Below, one piece after another: positions 1 to 10,886 of a stretch of DNA of 64,000 nucleotides. Position numbers and translations under genes: made by a program. The stretch lies in NCBI GenBank assembly GCA_963844985.1, contig CAWJQV010000016.1:5467-69466 (forward strand), read 5' to 3'. Positions within the stretch are counted from its first letter, which is position 1. Every line of letters starts with the position of its first letter. Source of the DNA: an uncultured delta proteobacterium. Its GTDB lineage: Bacteria > Desulfobacterota > Syntrophobacteria > Syntrophobacterales > Syntrophobacteraceae. Below the pieces are notes generated by a model. It was not told where the DNA came from, made no database searches, and was given only the letters and a program-made list of their open reading frames with translations.

Positions 1-317
1 CCGGCGAAAGCGGGAATGAAGTGGTGGTTCTTGGTCCCTTAATTTTGCAGATGTGTGCTTAATTCTGTGCAGGTGTATTCAGGAGCCCGACCTGCTCCAG
101 TGTGCCGGATCGCCCTGAGGTCGCTTTTCCTGAGGTGATAATGAGATGACAAAAAACTGCTTTCCAGCGACATTACGGTAGCATGCACCTGAGTGGCCGT
201 CAAGGAAGTATGAATGGGGTGACCGGCCAGTTCATCGCGTCCGGCTTCTTCCAGGATGCAAGCGCCCCTGAAATCCCACGGCACGAATGCGCAATGCGGC
301 CAATGCGGATGGATGTC

Positions 318-1076
318 TTATGCTTCATGAGCGGCACGGTCATCTGCAAATAGATCCTGCATCTGGCCTGGAATTGCCGGCGTTGCGACGGTTTCCGGCG
401 CTTTTCCGCCAGGCAGCTGCAGCGTGAGCGCCCGCGCATGCAGCGCCAGGCGGTCGAACGCATGATTGCGTCTGAGGTAGTTTACGGCCCGCATTGAGCC
501 GTAGCGTGCGTCACCGACTACCGGATGACCAGAGAGCCTTGCATGGCGCCGGATCTGATGCGTGCGGCCGGAAAGAAGTTCGATTTCCACCATCGTGTAA
601 TGGGCACTGTGGTCGAGGACCCGGTAACGGGTCTGGCTATCTTGCCGGGGTCCAGCGCCTTCGGCATTGTGGCGTCCGCCGGCCGTCTTGGCAAGGGCCC
701 AGCGCCATGTCCCCCACGGGGCGTTTCCATCCGGGTTATCCAGCCGGCCATGCAAGATAGCGATATAACGCTTCTTTACCTGACGAGATTCAAATTGCTT
801 CGAAAAATATCGAAACATCTCCCGGGTGACGGCCAGTAAAATAACGCCGCTGGTCTCCTTGTCGAGACGATGCACAGGATTGACGCCAAAATCCGGGTCC
901 ATCTCGATCTGCCCCTGGATGGGCGTTTCGTTCCGGATAAAGGCGGAAACCAAGGAGCAAAGATCCCGCCCGGATTCGTTGTGAACCGTCATGCCCGCAG
1001 GTTTATCGACCACCAGCCAACCCTTTCCCAGAGCAAGCGCGGGTATCTGTAAGAGTTCGCGCTCAATTGTGATCAT
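318..1076 (-). CDS. RluA-family pseudouridine synthase
   Basis: 252-aa ORF with HRLDKETSGVILLA (catalytic Asp) and GRTHQIRRH motifs. Confidence 0.85.
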   Translation of the reverse strand: MITIERELLQIPALALGKGWLVVDKPAGMTVHNESGRDLCSLVSAFIRNETPIQGQIEMDPDFGVNPVHRLDKETSGVILLAVTREMFRYFSKQFESRQVKKRYIAILHGRLDNPDGNAPWGTWRWALAKTAGGRHNAEGAGPRQDSQTRYRVLDHSAHYTMVEIELLSGRTHQIRRHARLSGHPVVGDARYGSMRAVNYLRRNHAFDRLALHARALTLQLPGGKAPETVATPAIPGQMQDLFADDRAAHEA

Positions 1077-1220
1077 CTGTGCTCTATCCTCAATAGCTTG
1101 CTTCAGTTTCAGTATCGATAGAATCGTGGTTGGAGATTAGTCTTCTGACCTCATCTGGAACTCTGTCAGGCGGGAACACTCGACCAGACGGTCCAGGGTC
1201 TTCAGCGTGAACACTTTTCC

Positions 1221-1820
1221 TCAGGTAGCGAGAAGCATCTTTCTCATGTCTTCTCGACCTACTCCAAAACCACGACCATCGATACAGGCGATCACCTCAA
1301 ATCGCGATTGCCAGGAAAAGTCTCCAGCAGAACTCAACTCAGCAAGACGCTGAATGCGTGTAACTTTATCCCTGGCTGTTCCGTCATCTTCGGTGAGTTT
1401 CGCTTCGATGATCACGTCGGGATTGAACTCGCTCGGGATTATAAAGTCCGGTGCCTGATCAAACCTTTCGATCCGCTCCGCACGTTTCGTCTTTCGAAAA
1501 CTGACACCCCGTCGCGTGAGCAGGTCCTCTATTGCGGACTCCAGGCTGTCCCCGCCAATCTCGCTGACGGAATCCCGGTGGCTCGAAAAAGACCTCCCGA
1601 GAAACCGCTCATAAAGCAGCATCGCACAGGGGACTCCCATGACGGCCATCTTCTCTATTGCCTCGATACCACCTTTGGTGTCTGCCTTGTTGAGGCGATG
1701 GATTCTGCCGGGTTCAACTTCGGGTGCACCCTCTGCAACCAGTTGGCATGCCGCTTCGATGAGGGGTTTTAGTTTCACAGCCGTCTCGCCTCGCACTTTG
1801 AGCGGTGCCGAGGGGGTCAT
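1221..1820 (-). CDS. hypothetical protein, possible PD-(D/E)xK-like nuclease; third gene of the AbiE operon
   Basis: 199-aa ORF whose ATG lies 6 nt after the AbiEii stop. PDFIIPSEFNPDVIIEAK gives a D-x13-E-A-K pattern. No family recognised with certainty. Confidence 0.45.
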   Translation of the reverse strand: MTPSAPLKVRGETAVKLKPLIEAACQLVAEGAPEVEPGRIHRLNKADTKGGIEAIEKMAVMGVPCAMLLYERFLGRSFSSHRDSVSEIGGDSLESAIEDLLTRRGVSFRKTKRAERIERFDQAPDFIIPSEFNPDVIIEAKLTEDDGTARDKVTRIQRLAELSSAGDFSWQSRFEVIACIDGRGFGVGREDMRKMLLAT

Positions 1821-1826
1821 TGAACG

Positions 1827-2657
1827 TCAATTGCCGCCACCTGCCGGCATGTTACGCAGACCTTGCCACGGTTCACCCGGCAAGCGGGCCGCCAGTTCAT
1901 GCATGACAAAAGCGGCTGCCTTCTGAAAGTTCCAGCCGCTATCTGCGGTGATGAGCGGGCCAAGATCCTGAGAAAACAGCGGATGATTCAGTTTCTTGAT
2001 CAGGTTTTCTTCGTACTCGGCCCGGGAAACCTTGTGGCCTTCGTGCTCCATGTAGTGCCGGAATGAATCGACCACTCTTTCCGCATTGATGCCGATTTCT
2101 TTGCTGGCGATCCACAGATCGAAGAGATCTCGTCCCTTCTTCCGCTGGTAGAGGGCACGCATTTTGGTCCCCATCAGTTCATCCAGTTGGTAGGTCCGGA
2201 TAGATGCACTGCCCGAAAACCAGCGGGATTTGACCTCCAGCGGCAGCGTCTCCAGGCCGAACACATTGAAATGCTCCCGCGAATTGATTTCCACCTTCAG
2301 TTTGAGGGGAAGGCCATCCTCTGCCCGTATCCGGTACACCAGCGCGACTCGCCCTTCGCTCTGTTTCCATTTCGGAGGGCCGAGCCAGGGGTCAAGGGCC
2401 TCGCGCAAGGCGTCCATGATCGGCCCGACGCCTCCAGCGCGGGTCTGGACCAGGTCAATGTCCTCAGAGTAGCGCGCCGGCTGAAGATGCAGCTTGTAGA
2501 GAGCCGTGCCACCACGAAATGCGAGGTTGTTCGCCAGGATCGGTCGAGAAAAAATCTCAATCAGTGCTCGGCTGATGATGAGATCCTGCTCGACCTGGGC
2601 ATCCTGGGTCCAAGGTACCTGCTGTCGCCACTCTGTAACGTAGTCGCGGGGGATCAC
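1827..2657 (-). CDS. AbiEii/AbiGii-family nucleotidyltransferase toxin (type IV TA / abortive infection)
   Basis: 276-aa ORF with FRGGTALYKLH and SEDIDL nucleotidyltransferase-type motifs. Its GTG start overlaps the AbiEi TGA (GTGA). Confidence 0.8.
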   Translation of the reverse strand: MIPRDYVTEWRQQVPWTQDAQVEQDLIISRALIEIFSRPILANNLAFRGGTALYKLHLQPARYSEDIDLVQTRAGGVGPIMDALREALDPWLGPPKWKQSEGRVALVYRIRAEDGLPLKLKVEINSREHFNVFGLETLPLEVKSRWFSGSASIRTYQLDELMGTKMRALYQRKKGRDLFDLWIASKEIGINAERVVDSFRHYMEHEGHKVSRAEYEENLIKKLNHPLFSQDLGPLITADSGWNFQKAAAFVMHELAARLPGEPWQGLRNMPAGGGN

Positions 2658-3442
2658 AGCTCGACCTCGACTTCGGCATTCACCAGCAGTTGCCAGCGCT
2701 GGTTCTTTTCAGCGACGTCAACCGGCTGGGAGGGAACCAGTGGGGTCACCACCAGCCGCTTCGTGGCTATATACCCGGCCAATGCCTCGGTCTTCTCCGG
2801 CATCCCGACAAGGTCTAATAGATATCCCAGCCGCTGCGCCCAGGTAACCGGAGAAAGCTCTGCAATCTTGGCCAGCTGCGCAGGATCAAGTTTTTCTGCC
2901 AACTCGGCAAGTATCGTAGCCACGCTGTCCAGGCCGCCGGCATGCTGGGGGTAACCCACCAAGTCAAATGCGGTCGTCTCCGGACTGGCGAGCCGCATCA
3001 CGCCCCGGGGCGTGTTTATGGTGCTCGTCGGCATCTCTTCAACGTTCTTCCGAGCAATGAAATCCACGCGAATCTTGCCGCACTCGAGGGGTGCCTTGTT
3101 CCTGGCCGTGACTACCTGGAATACCTGAGGGCGATGGTGGGCGGCACCATGATACTGGGCAGCGCTTAGCAGGCCGGCATAGTAGCTTTCGCCCAGGTGC
3201 TCCATGAGTAAGGGGATGAACTGCTCCGCCGGCAGGCAGCCGAGACTACGGTACTCAGGTGGCACAATCACATAGAACCCCCGGTAGGGCATGGCGATGT
3301 CACCCTTCTTGCGCAGCCGCTGGATGGTGGAATGCACCGCCACATCAGATGAGCCGAGCAACCGTTTGGCCAGTGCCACAGTGAAGCAGTATTCTCCCCT
3401 CGCCGGGAGGTCTATGAGGATTTTGGAGGCAGACACGCCCAT
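2654..3442 (-). CDS. AbiEi-family antitoxin / transcriptional regulator
   Basis: 262-aa ORF with an N-terminal winged-helix-like region (STIQRLRKKGDI) and an AbiEi-like C-terminal domain. It lies immediately upstream of and overlaps AbiEii. Confidence 0.75.
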   Translation of the reverse strand: MGVSASKILIDLPARGEYCFTVALAKRLLGSSDVAVHSTIQRLRKKGDIAMPYRGFYVIVPPEYRSLGCLPAEQFIPLLMEHLGESYYAGLLSAAQYHGAAHHRPQVFQVVTARNKAPLECGKIRVDFIARKNVEEMPTSTINTPRGVMRLASPETTAFDLVGYPQHAGGLDSVATILAELAEKLDPAQLAKIAELSPVTWAQRLGYLLDLVGMPEKTEALAGYIATKRLVVTPLVPSQPVDVAEKNQRWQLLVNAEVEVEL

Positions 3443-3778
3443 CTCTCCTACCGGTCAATATCACGCAGGCAAAGTATCATTTTTCGACCAAATGCGCGAG
3501 TGATTATTGTGAATGTGTAAATGAATTGATGGTTTCGTAAAAAGTGAATCGTTCGGTCATGGATTAAAATTGAAAACCAAGACCGATTGTGAGAATTTTC
3601 CGGACGTCGAACACTCAGTTGGACGTCAACCGCTCTTTGACAAGCTGAAACAGGGAGTGAAGAACGGAAAGAAGTTCTCGGGACGGGCTATCGCCCACCT
3701 TTTTCCCTCGTTTGAACGCAGCTGTCCGATAAATGTTGATGCCCGTTGCCTTGAGAAATGCACAAAGGCGAACGGCCT

Positions 3779-4433
3779 TCAACCCACTGATGCGTAGTTT
3801 TTGACGCCGATTCGTCGGTCAAACTGCGATATCGTTGCCTTGGAGCCGTTGCGAAACCGGTATTTTTCGATAAACTCCGGACTCTTCTCCATAGTTCTAC
3901 GGTGCGTCAGGCGCAACGCTTTTTCGTCATAGCGCAGGTAGTGGCCTCTACTGCCGGCCTTTGGAATCGCGTGAACGGGCAAGCGGTGCAATCTCGGAGG
4001 CAAACCCGGCGCTGAATCGCTTCTTCTTTTTGGCCTTTAGCGGCGTATGTCCCTGTGGGCAAGCAACAGGCTTTCCGTCCATGGAAAAGGTGAAGTCGGC
4101 AAGGCTACACTGACTATTCGGGGAGGAACCCATGCACGGAGGCACCACTTCCACTTACAGTTCCTTGGCCTTTTCACAGTTCTGGTCACTGCCGTAGAGG
4201 GGATCCGCAAGAAGCTGTTCGGGAGCCACCCCCCGCTCCCCGGTGGCTTCAAGGCAGGGGATCAGAGCGTTGGCATCGCTTTCATGGGCAGGCTCTACTT
4301 CGATATAGGTAATCAGGGAAAGGGTTTCCCGGTCTTCGTCGGTGCTGTAGGTTTCCGCCACCTGCACCTGGTAGCCCTTCCCTTTGTGACCGTCGCAGGT
4401 GGCATCCGGGTCCGAAGTGATGAGAAAAATTAG
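3779..4433 (-). pseudogene. IS1182/IS5-like DDE transposase remnant, multiple frameshifts
   Basis: Three adjacent minus-strand ORF pieces (4155-4367, 3948-4154, 3779-4003) carry transposase-like segments: LLADPLYGSDQN, ACPQGHTP, EKYRFRNGSKATISQFDRR. Confidence 0.6.
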
Positions 4434-4479
4434 CAGGGTGTGTCATTGTGTTGGGGGAATGATGGGCAGCTCGTTGCTA

Positions 4480-4790
4480 ATTGGTCTTCACGCAGGTTGC
4501 TTTGCTTGCGAAGGTTTTGAAAGAGGGTGTTTGCCAGAGTTTGAGGGGAAACTGCTCCAATAGTGGCTGGTGGGACTGTCTCCAGCGTCGAAGTATAGTG
4601 GTAGATGTTGACGGGCTCTTCATATCCCGGCCAGTCATCGTGAAAATCATCGAGGACAAGCGGCCCATCTGCAGGTACTTTCGTTTTTCTCTCGTGAGGA
4701 TCCGGGCACTGTTTCCTGAGTCCCAGGTGGAGGAGGATGCGTTCTATGACGTCGGGTTCATGAATCAGGCTGATGATTTTTTCTCAACCG
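4480..4790 (-). pseudogene. possible IS91-family (Y2/HUH) transposase C-terminal remnant
   Basis: My own minus-strand translation gives IISLIHEPDVIERILLHLGL followed by a Pro/Asp-rich tail, as at the C-terminus of IS91-type transposases. It is bounded upstream by a stop. Confidence 0.35.
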
Positions 4791-4924
4791 CCTGTAACAG
4801 GTATTCTCACCTCGACCCGGTGTTCCTGATGGTCGTCAACAAGGGGGATGGGGCGCCATCTTGGCTCTCATCTGAACACGAAAGTAAAGCAGACCAGATC
4901 ACATAAAAAACTAGACATCCAAGC

Positions 4925-5152
4925 ATGAAGGCACGGGCGAATACGTTGACGATTCGGTCATTACGAGCAAGATAAAATCTCAGCTCGCCGCTGATGATTT
5001 TCTCAAATCCTTCGAAATCAGTGTCGAAATATAGGGGCATCGTGCAACTGAGCGGTTTCGTTGATTCGCAAAGGGCCGTCGATAAAGCGGGGCAAATCGC
5101 CAGGGGCGTCGATGGGGTCAAATCCGTAAAAAACAATCTGAAAGTGAAGTAA
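4925..5152 (+). pseudogene. BON-domain (OsmY-like) protein fragment with one frameshift
   Basis: [31 protein letters not shown] then, after a +1 shift, [40 protein letters not shown]-stop. This is a typical BON-domain sequence. Confidence 0.5.
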
Positions 5153-5390
5153 GAGGAGAGCCTAATCCTCTCCCGGACGGAAGACGGCGCCCAGTGTTGA
5201 CCCGAATCATGGATTTCTGATAGACTCGAGGAGGAAAAACCTCCTCGCGCGAAATTCCATATCAGATGATGCTATTCAGCAGGGCACCGGGCGGAGCAGT
5301 CCGGTTGCTCGCAGTCTCTGTTGTGACAGTTTCTCCCTGGTGGGCCGCCCGCGCCTGAGGCTCAGGGATTTCTCCGAAGGAGGAGACGAG

Positions 5391-5612
5391 ATGAACGCAG
5401 TCAAGATCATGGGAATATTGCTGATTGTGGCCGGTATCGCAGGGTTACTGTACGGCAGTTTCAGCTACACCAAGGAGACTCACGACATCAAGCTGGGCCC
5501 GATCGAGATGTCGGTTGCGGAAAAACAGACGGTCAACATCCCTGTCTGGGCCGGCGTGGGGGCAATAGTGGGTGGTGGTGTGCTCCTGCTTTATGCGAGC
5601 AAGCAAAGGTAG
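5391..5612 (+). CDS. small two-TM membrane protein (DUF3185-like)
   Basis: [22 protein letters not shown] ... [22 protein letters not shown]. An internal ATG of the 5340-5612 ORF is preceded by GGAGGAG. Confidence 0.5.
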   Translation: MNAVKIMGILLIVAGIAGLLYGSFSYTKETHDIKLGPIEMSVAEKQTVNIPVWAGVGAIVGGGVLLLYASKQR

Positions 5613-5667
5613 CTCCAGCCTCCAAGGGCTCCAAGATGGGGCGCAAATTCACTCAAGGAAAGCAATT

Positions 5668-6159
5668 ATGTTGAAAAAAATCGGAATTATTCTGGGCGGA
5701 GGGACCCTTTTGGTCATTGTGCTCTTCGGATGGTGGGTCTTCAGTCGCCCCGAACGGGGCACGACCGGGTCGGTCAGCACCCATTTCCGCTGGCTCGGAC
5801 CCAACGACAAGATCGTGGTCGACGGATTCAACGACCCCAAGGTCCAGGGCGTCGCCTGTCACATCGCCCGTGCGGAAACGGGAGGGGTGAAGGGCGAATT
5901 GGGTGTGGCGGAGGATACGAGTGACGCCAGCATCGCTTGTCGTCAGGTCGGTCCGATCAAGATCGTCGGCGAGCTCAAGGACGGTGAGCGCGTCTTCGAC
6001 GAGCGCCGCAGCCTCGTCTTCAAGAAGCTTCAGGTCGTGCGCTTCTTCGACCGCGAGCGCAATGTGCTGGTTTACGTGGCGTACAGCGATCGGGTTATCG
6101 AGGGTAGCCCGAAGAACAGCATCAGCACGGTGCCGATCATGGGGTGGCCGGCACCATAA
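5668..6159 (+). CDS. creA: CreA family protein
   Basis: Near full-length similarity to E. coli CreA ([54 protein letters not shown] ... [18 protein letters not shown]). Confidence 0.9.
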   Translation: MLKKIGIILGGGTLLVIVLFGWWVFSRPERGTTGSVSTHFRWLGPNDKIVVDGFNDPKVQGVACHIARAETGGVKGELGVAEDTSDASIACRQVGPIKIVGELKDGERVFDERRSLVFKKLQVVRFFDRERNVLVYVAYSDRVIEGSPKNSISTVPIMGWPAP

Positions 6160-6475
6160 ATTCGAACTTCGCGGCCTAGTCCGTGCCTGCTCGTTCGGAG
6201 GGGAGGAGGACGTTCCGGCGAGCGATCATGGCGGGTAGATCACATCCAAATAAAGCCTTCCTTAATTCGGCGTTCTCTACCCACTATTTCCCACAGCGAG
6301 TGAACCGTTGCGAAAATGAAGGACGAAACGGCCCCATCAAAGCAAGTGTGGATTCTCTCGCAGTTGGACATAATGAATGTCAGTTGAATTTGAGCGAGAA
6401 CTTTCGCGAAGGTTGGAAATAGGGTTGGAACTGTTCCGAATTCAAAAAATTATCCTGCAACCTATTGATTTACTT

Positions 6476-6551
6476 TGGAGGGCGACGCGGGGATCGAACC
6501 CGCGACCTTTGGTTCCGGAGACCAACGCTCTATCCACTGAGCTAGTCGCCC
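6476..6551 (-). tRNA. tRNA-Arg (anticodon CCG), CCA encoded
   Basis: The reverse complement folds as a perfect cloverleaf: GGGCGAC TA GCTC AGTGGATA GAGC G TTGGT CTCCGGA ACCAA AGGTC GCGGG TTCGATC CCCGC GTCGCCC T CCA. Confidence 0.92.
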
Positions 6552-6789
6552 TTGTCCTGCGCGGAGGCACTGAATTGCCGTTACCCTCTGAGCTGGGTTT
6601 CAGATAACAGAGCAAAGCGGCTTTGTCAATGAACCGGTCGCCAGCCGGCTTCGATTTTTTCCTGACACCCCTAAGCACGAGCCTCCGTTCACCAGCCGCC
6701 GCAGGGTAATTTCTCCATCCATCAGGCCCCTGATCAGGTTGGCGGAGAAGGGCACAAAAGAAGGGTTTTTGCCCCTTCGCATCAAGCCG

Positions 6790-7374
6790 CTAAAGGACTC
6801 CTTTGGAAGAGGGGACCCCGGCGCGCCTCTCATCGCGAAGGGTCGCGTGGTCGAGGGCCCGTCCCCAGGCCTTGAAAATTGCTTCAACGATGTGGTGGGT
6901 ATTGCTCCCATAAAGGACCTGGATGTGCAGGGTGACGCCTCCGTTCTGACAGAACGCGCGGAAGAACTCGGGCACCAGTTCGGTTTCAAACTGACCGATT
7001 TCGGGAATCAGTGGAGGCGCCTGGTAGACCAGAAAAGGCCGATTGGAAAGATCGAGCGCCACGGATGCACACGCCTCATCCATGGGCACTGTTGCCTGCC
7101 CGTACCGGCGAATGCCCTGCCGGTCGCCGAGCGCTTCGGACAGGCACTTGCCAAGGCAAATGCCGATGTCTTCGACCGTGTGATGGGCGTCAACCTCCAG
7201 ATCGCCTTGAGCGTCGAGCCTCAGATCAAAAAAACCATGCACGGCAAAGAGGGTCAGCATGTGATCGAAAAAGGGGACCCCGCTGCGAACCTCCGCCTGG
7301 CCCTGTCCGTCCAGCGATAACTCAAGGTGAATATTGGTTTCTTTGGTTTTCCGATCGATTTGACCCTTTCGCAT
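6790..7374 (-). CDS. hisB: imidazoleglycerol-phosphate dehydratase
   Basis: 194-aa ORF with [36 protein letters not shown] motifs. Confidence 0.92.
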   Translation of the reverse strand: MRKGQIDRKTKETNIHLELSLDGQGQAEVRSGVPFFDHMLTLFAVHGFFDLRLDAQGDLEVDAHHTVEDIGICLGKCLSEALGDRQGIRRYGQATVPMDEACASVALDLSNRPFLVYQAPPLIPEIGQFETELVPEFFRAFCQNGGVTLHIQVLYGSNTHHIVEAIFKAWGRALDHATLRDERRAGVPSSKGVL

Positions 7375-7523
7375 GGTTTCCCATCCATTCCGTCAATTGG
7401 CAAAGCCCAGACTCCCTGAGTTCGCTTGAGCCCTGCCGGCACTCTCATGGACACCCGGCAGCAGCACTCAAGATGAAACACTCAGGACCCATAACCCGCA
7501 ACCATTCTTCCCCATGGCAAGGA

Positions 7524-8330
7524 CTACCATTTCACCACCTGGACATCGTCAAGATTTCGCCCCAGGAAGGCCTCTCCGATGCTCTGAAAACGGTACGGCA
7601 CGTCGGTCACATAGTAATGGTACTCGGCAGGACTGTTTCGGCGGTTTCCCAAGTCCTGAAAGTCGAGCATCGCCGCGGTCCGGTCGGCCATCGCCGCGGC
7701 CGAGTCAACCAGTCGGATCTCGTCCCCCACAATTTCCTGCAGCAGGGGTTTGAGTAAAGGATAATGGGTGCAACCCAAAACCAGGGTGTCCACGCTATGC
7801 TCCAGCAGCGGTTCGAGGTACTCCTCGGCGATCAGGCGAGTTGCCCGGTGTTCCAACCACCCTTCTTCGACGAGGGGAACGAACAGCGGACAAGTCTGCG
7901 AAAAGATCCGGACCTCAGGATCGAGCCTATGGATGGCACGGTTGTACGCCCCGCTATTGATCGTTGCCGGCGTCCCAATGACGCCCACTCTCCTGGTCCG
8001 TGTCACGGCCACGGCCGTCTTTGCGCCCGCATCAATGACATCCAGCACCGGCACGGGTGACAGCCCGGCAACCGCCTGATGAGCTACGGCGGCCATGGTA
8101 TTGCAGGCAACAATGAGCAGTTTTACCCCCCGCTGCAGAAGGAACTGGGCAATCTGGCAGGCATACAGAGCGATCGTCTCGACCGATTTAACGCCATAGG
8201 GCACGCGCGCCGTATCGCCGAAATAGAGGATATTCTCAAAAGGCAAACGGGCCATGAGCGACCGGACCACGGTAAGGCCCCCGATGCCGGAATCGAATAC
8301 CCCGATGGGATCATTGACCTTCGTATCCAT
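7524..8330 (-). CDS. murI: glutamate racemase
   Basis: IGVFDSGIGGLTV and LVLGCTHYP motifs. The start is placed at the MDTKVNDPIG internal Met of the 313-aa ORF. Confidence 0.88.
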   Translation of the reverse strand: MDTKVNDPIGVFDSGIGGLTVVRSLMARLPFENILYFGDTARVPYGVKSVETIALYACQIAQFLLQRGVKLLIVACNTMAAVAHQAVAGLSPVPVLDVIDAGAKTAVAVTRTRRVGVIGTPATINSGAYNRAIHRLDPEVRIFSQTCPLFVPLVEEGWLEHRATRLIAEEYLEPLLEHSVDTLVLGCTHYPLLKPLLQEIVGDEIRLVDSAAAMADRTAAMLDFQDLGNRRNSPAEYHYYVTDVPYRFQSIGEAFLGRNLDDVQVVKW

Positions 8331-8579
8331 GGATCTAGAAGAACGCTTTCCTCTGAATCGATCGATGTTCTGACAACAGCATCTTATCCTGAGTGCAAGG
8401 CTTCCCGAACCCGTTTGGCCCGGTTCAGGCAAACCAGGGATTCGATTATATACACCGAGACGCATTTACTAGCATAAAGTAAAGGATCGCCCTATTCCTT
8501 TTTTCCAGAACGGGTCTCGGGCATGACAGGATTATCTCATGGATTCCCGCCGAAAACATACGGGAATGACGCCCTTGGA

Positions 8580-9476
8580 TTATGGTCGCTTTCGTTCTGT
8601 CGCGCTGTGCCGGGTATTCCGGATGGCGAGCGCCGTCTGGTAGGCAAGCCTGCGCGGCAACCGGTGCCGGCGTGCGATTTCTTGAGTCGCCTGCTTTAAC
8701 GTCCGCTCGGGATCTTCGAGGAGGAGGGCCAATTCTTCGCGCCAGTCCGGTGGTTCCTCCCCGGCGGGCAGGCCCTCTTTGAACCCCTCCACCACCAGGG
8801 TCAACTCACCGCGGGTCCCTTCGGCGTAGCGCCTTGCCGCTTCGGTTACGGTGCCGCGAAAAAACTCCTCGAACTTCTTCGTCAACTCCCGGGCAATGAC
8901 GATGCGACGGTCTCCCCAGGAATGGAGCATATCTTCAAGCGTTTTCCCCAGTCTTTGCGGCGCTTCGTAAAGGATAAGGGTCATGGGAAGGTTGGCATGA
9001 GCAGAAAAGAAGTGCTTTCTTCCGGCTCCTCTGGCCGGAGGGAAACCCAGAAAAGCGAAGGGATGCGTCGGCAGTCCCGATGCAACCAACGCCGATATCA
9101 AGGCCGTGGGCCCCGGGATTACGGCCACGGGCAGATTGCGCTCCAGCGCCTGCCGGACGAGCAGGGCCCCGGGGTCGGAAATCGCGGGGGTCCCGGCATC
9201 GGTAACCAGGGCGACCGATGTTCCTGCAGCAATCCTTTCGAGCAGCTCCGGCCCACGCTCCCGGACATTGTGACTGTGATAGCTGATGAGCGGTTTGTGG
9301 ATGTCGTAGTAGCTGAGCAATTTTCTGGTGTGGCGGGTGTCTTCGGCGGCGATCAGGGAAACGGAACGCAGAACATCGAGGGCCCTCAGAGTGATGTCGG
9401 CGAGATTACCTATGGGAGTGGCGACGATAAAAAGCGTCCCGGACTCCTCCTGCGCGTTCGATTCAGTCGGATGCAT
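8580..9476 (-). CDS. rsmI: 16S rRNA (cytidine1402-2'-O)-methyltransferase
   Basis: LFIVATPIGNLADITLRALDVL, AEDTRHTRKLL, DAGTPAISDPG motifs. The start may instead be at 9515. Confidence 0.88.
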   Translation of the reverse strand: MHPTESNAQEESGTLFIVATPIGNLADITLRALDVLRSVSLIAAEDTRHTRKLLSYYDIHKPLISYHSHNVRERGPELLERIAAGTSVALVTDAGTPAISDPGALLVRQALERNLPVAVIPGPTALISALVASGLPTHPFAFLGFPPARGAGRKHFFSAHANLPMTLILYEAPQRLGKTLEDMLHSWGDRRIVIARELTKKFEEFFRGTVTEAARRYAEGTRGELTLVVEGFKEGLPAGEEPPDWREELALLLEDPERTLKQATQEIARRHRLPRRLAYQTALAIRNTRHSATERKRP

Positions 9477-9828
9477 CGAAGGCATTCGGTATCCACTTAA
9501 TCTCGGGCTTGGCATCCTGCCATCTTATGGCAATGACATCGAAACGGGCCGGCTGATTTTCCAGGCGATGCTGTTTCAAATACCACTGCGCCAGGCGCGT
9601 CAGGCGCCGCTGTTTAGCACGCGAAACCAGTTCCTGGGGAGCCCCGTAGCCCGCCGCGAAGCGCGACTTAACCTCAACAAAGACGAGGGTCTTGCCATCC
9701 CGGCCAATGAGGTCGATTTCTCCCAGGGGGCAGCGGACATTCTGCGCCAAGACCTGGAGTCCATGCTGTTTCAGGAAATCAGCGGCAAGGTCTTCACCCA
9801 GCTTGCCCTTCTGCTTGCGATTGAGCAT
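9463..9828 (-). CDS. YraN-family (UPF0102) endonuclease
   Basis: GKLGEDLAADFLKQHG ... GEIDLIGRDGKTLVFVEVKSR signature. Confidence 0.82.
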   Translation of the reverse strand: MLNRKQKGKLGEDLAADFLKQHGLQVLAQNVRCPLGEIDLIGRDGKTLVFVEVKSRFAAGYGAPQELVSRAKQRRLTRLAQWYLKQHRLENQPARFDVIAIRWQDAKPEIKWIPNAFDASD

Positions 9829-9844
9829 TGATGTTTCCAAGGAG

Positions 9845-10480
9845 TTACTGATCACTGTCCAGGACGCCGCGGAAGCTCAGGCGATGCAGGGGGCACGGAC
9901 CATGGCGGCGGAGCGCCTGCAGGTGCTGGGCGGTTCCGTAGCCCTTGTTCCGGGCAAACCCGTAAGCAGGGTAAAGGACATGGTATTCGCACATCAGTCG
10001 ATCGCGATGCACCTTGGCCACAATTGAGGCGGCACTGATGGAAAGGCTGAGCTGGTCTCCCCGAGGGATGCCTTTTTGCCGAATGGGCAGGGGGAGCTTG
10101 TAGGGGCCGTCAATCAAGAGAAAGTCCGGCGGACACTGAAGGTTTCTTACGGCCTCGATCATGGCCTTGAAGGTAGCCTGCAGGATGTTGACCCGGTCGA
10201 TCTCTTCCGGTTCCACGCAGCCGATCCCGATCGCGGAAGCAGAGGAGTTGATCTTCCGGCAGCAGGCTTCCCTCTGCGCCGCTGTCAGATGCTTCGAGTC
10301 CTTGACTCCCGGCAATTCCGCGTTCTGAGGCAAAACAACGGCGGCAGCCACAACCGGGCCGGCCAGCGGGCCGCGACCCACTTCGTCAATCCCGGAAACC
10401 CGCTGAAAACCCCGACGGTAAGCCTCTCGTTCGAAAAACAAGGGGTCCACCGCCGAGGTGACCATGGACTGCTGACGCAC
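9845..10480 (-). CDS. rnhB: ribonuclease HII
   Basis: [25 protein letters not shown] and [12 protein letters not shown] motifs. Confidence 0.9.
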   Translation of the reverse strand: MRQQSMVTSAVDPLFFEREAYRRGFQRVSGIDEVGRGPLAGPVVAAAVVLPQNAELPGVKDSKHLTAAQREACCRKINSSASAIGIGCVEPEEIDRVNILQATFKAMIEAVRNLQCPPDFLLIDGPYKLPLPIRQKGIPRGDQLSLSISAASIVAKVHRDRLMCEYHVLYPAYGFARNKGYGTAQHLQALRRHGPCPLHRLSFRGVLDSDQ

Positions 10481-10827
10481 TAGCGCTTCTCTTTAATTCG
10501 GGCGGCCTTGCCAAGACGTTGGCGCAGATAGTAGAGTCTGGATCGACGCACGCGCCCCCGGCGCAATACTTCGACTTTGTCAATCTGGGGGGAATGCAAC
10601 GGGAAAATCCTTTCCACTCCCACCCCGTAAGACACCTTGCGGACGGTGAAAGTAGCCGAGAGCAATCCCTTATGATAGCGAATCACTACCCCTTCAAACA
10701 CCTGAACACGCTCCTTGTCCCCTTCGCGAATCTTGACATGCACCTTGACGGTGTCTCCCGATCGAAAGGCAGGGATGTCCATCCGCATAAATTCCCGCTG
10801 GATGCTCTCCGCGACACTCATCCCCAT
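10480..10827 (-). CDS. rplS: 50S ribosomal protein L19
   Basis: 115-aa ORF with [29 protein letters not shown]. Confidence 0.95.
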   Translation of the reverse strand: MGMSVAESIQREFMRMDIPAFRSGDTVKVHVKIREGDKERVQVFEGVVIRYHKGLLSATFTVRKVSYGVGVERIFPLHSPQIDKVEVLRRGRVRRSRLYYLRQRLGKAARIKEKR

Positions 10828-10886
10828 TTCTCATCCTCCATTCCCAGCCATGAGAACCAACCCTCAAGGCTTCTGTTCAAAGTTAT

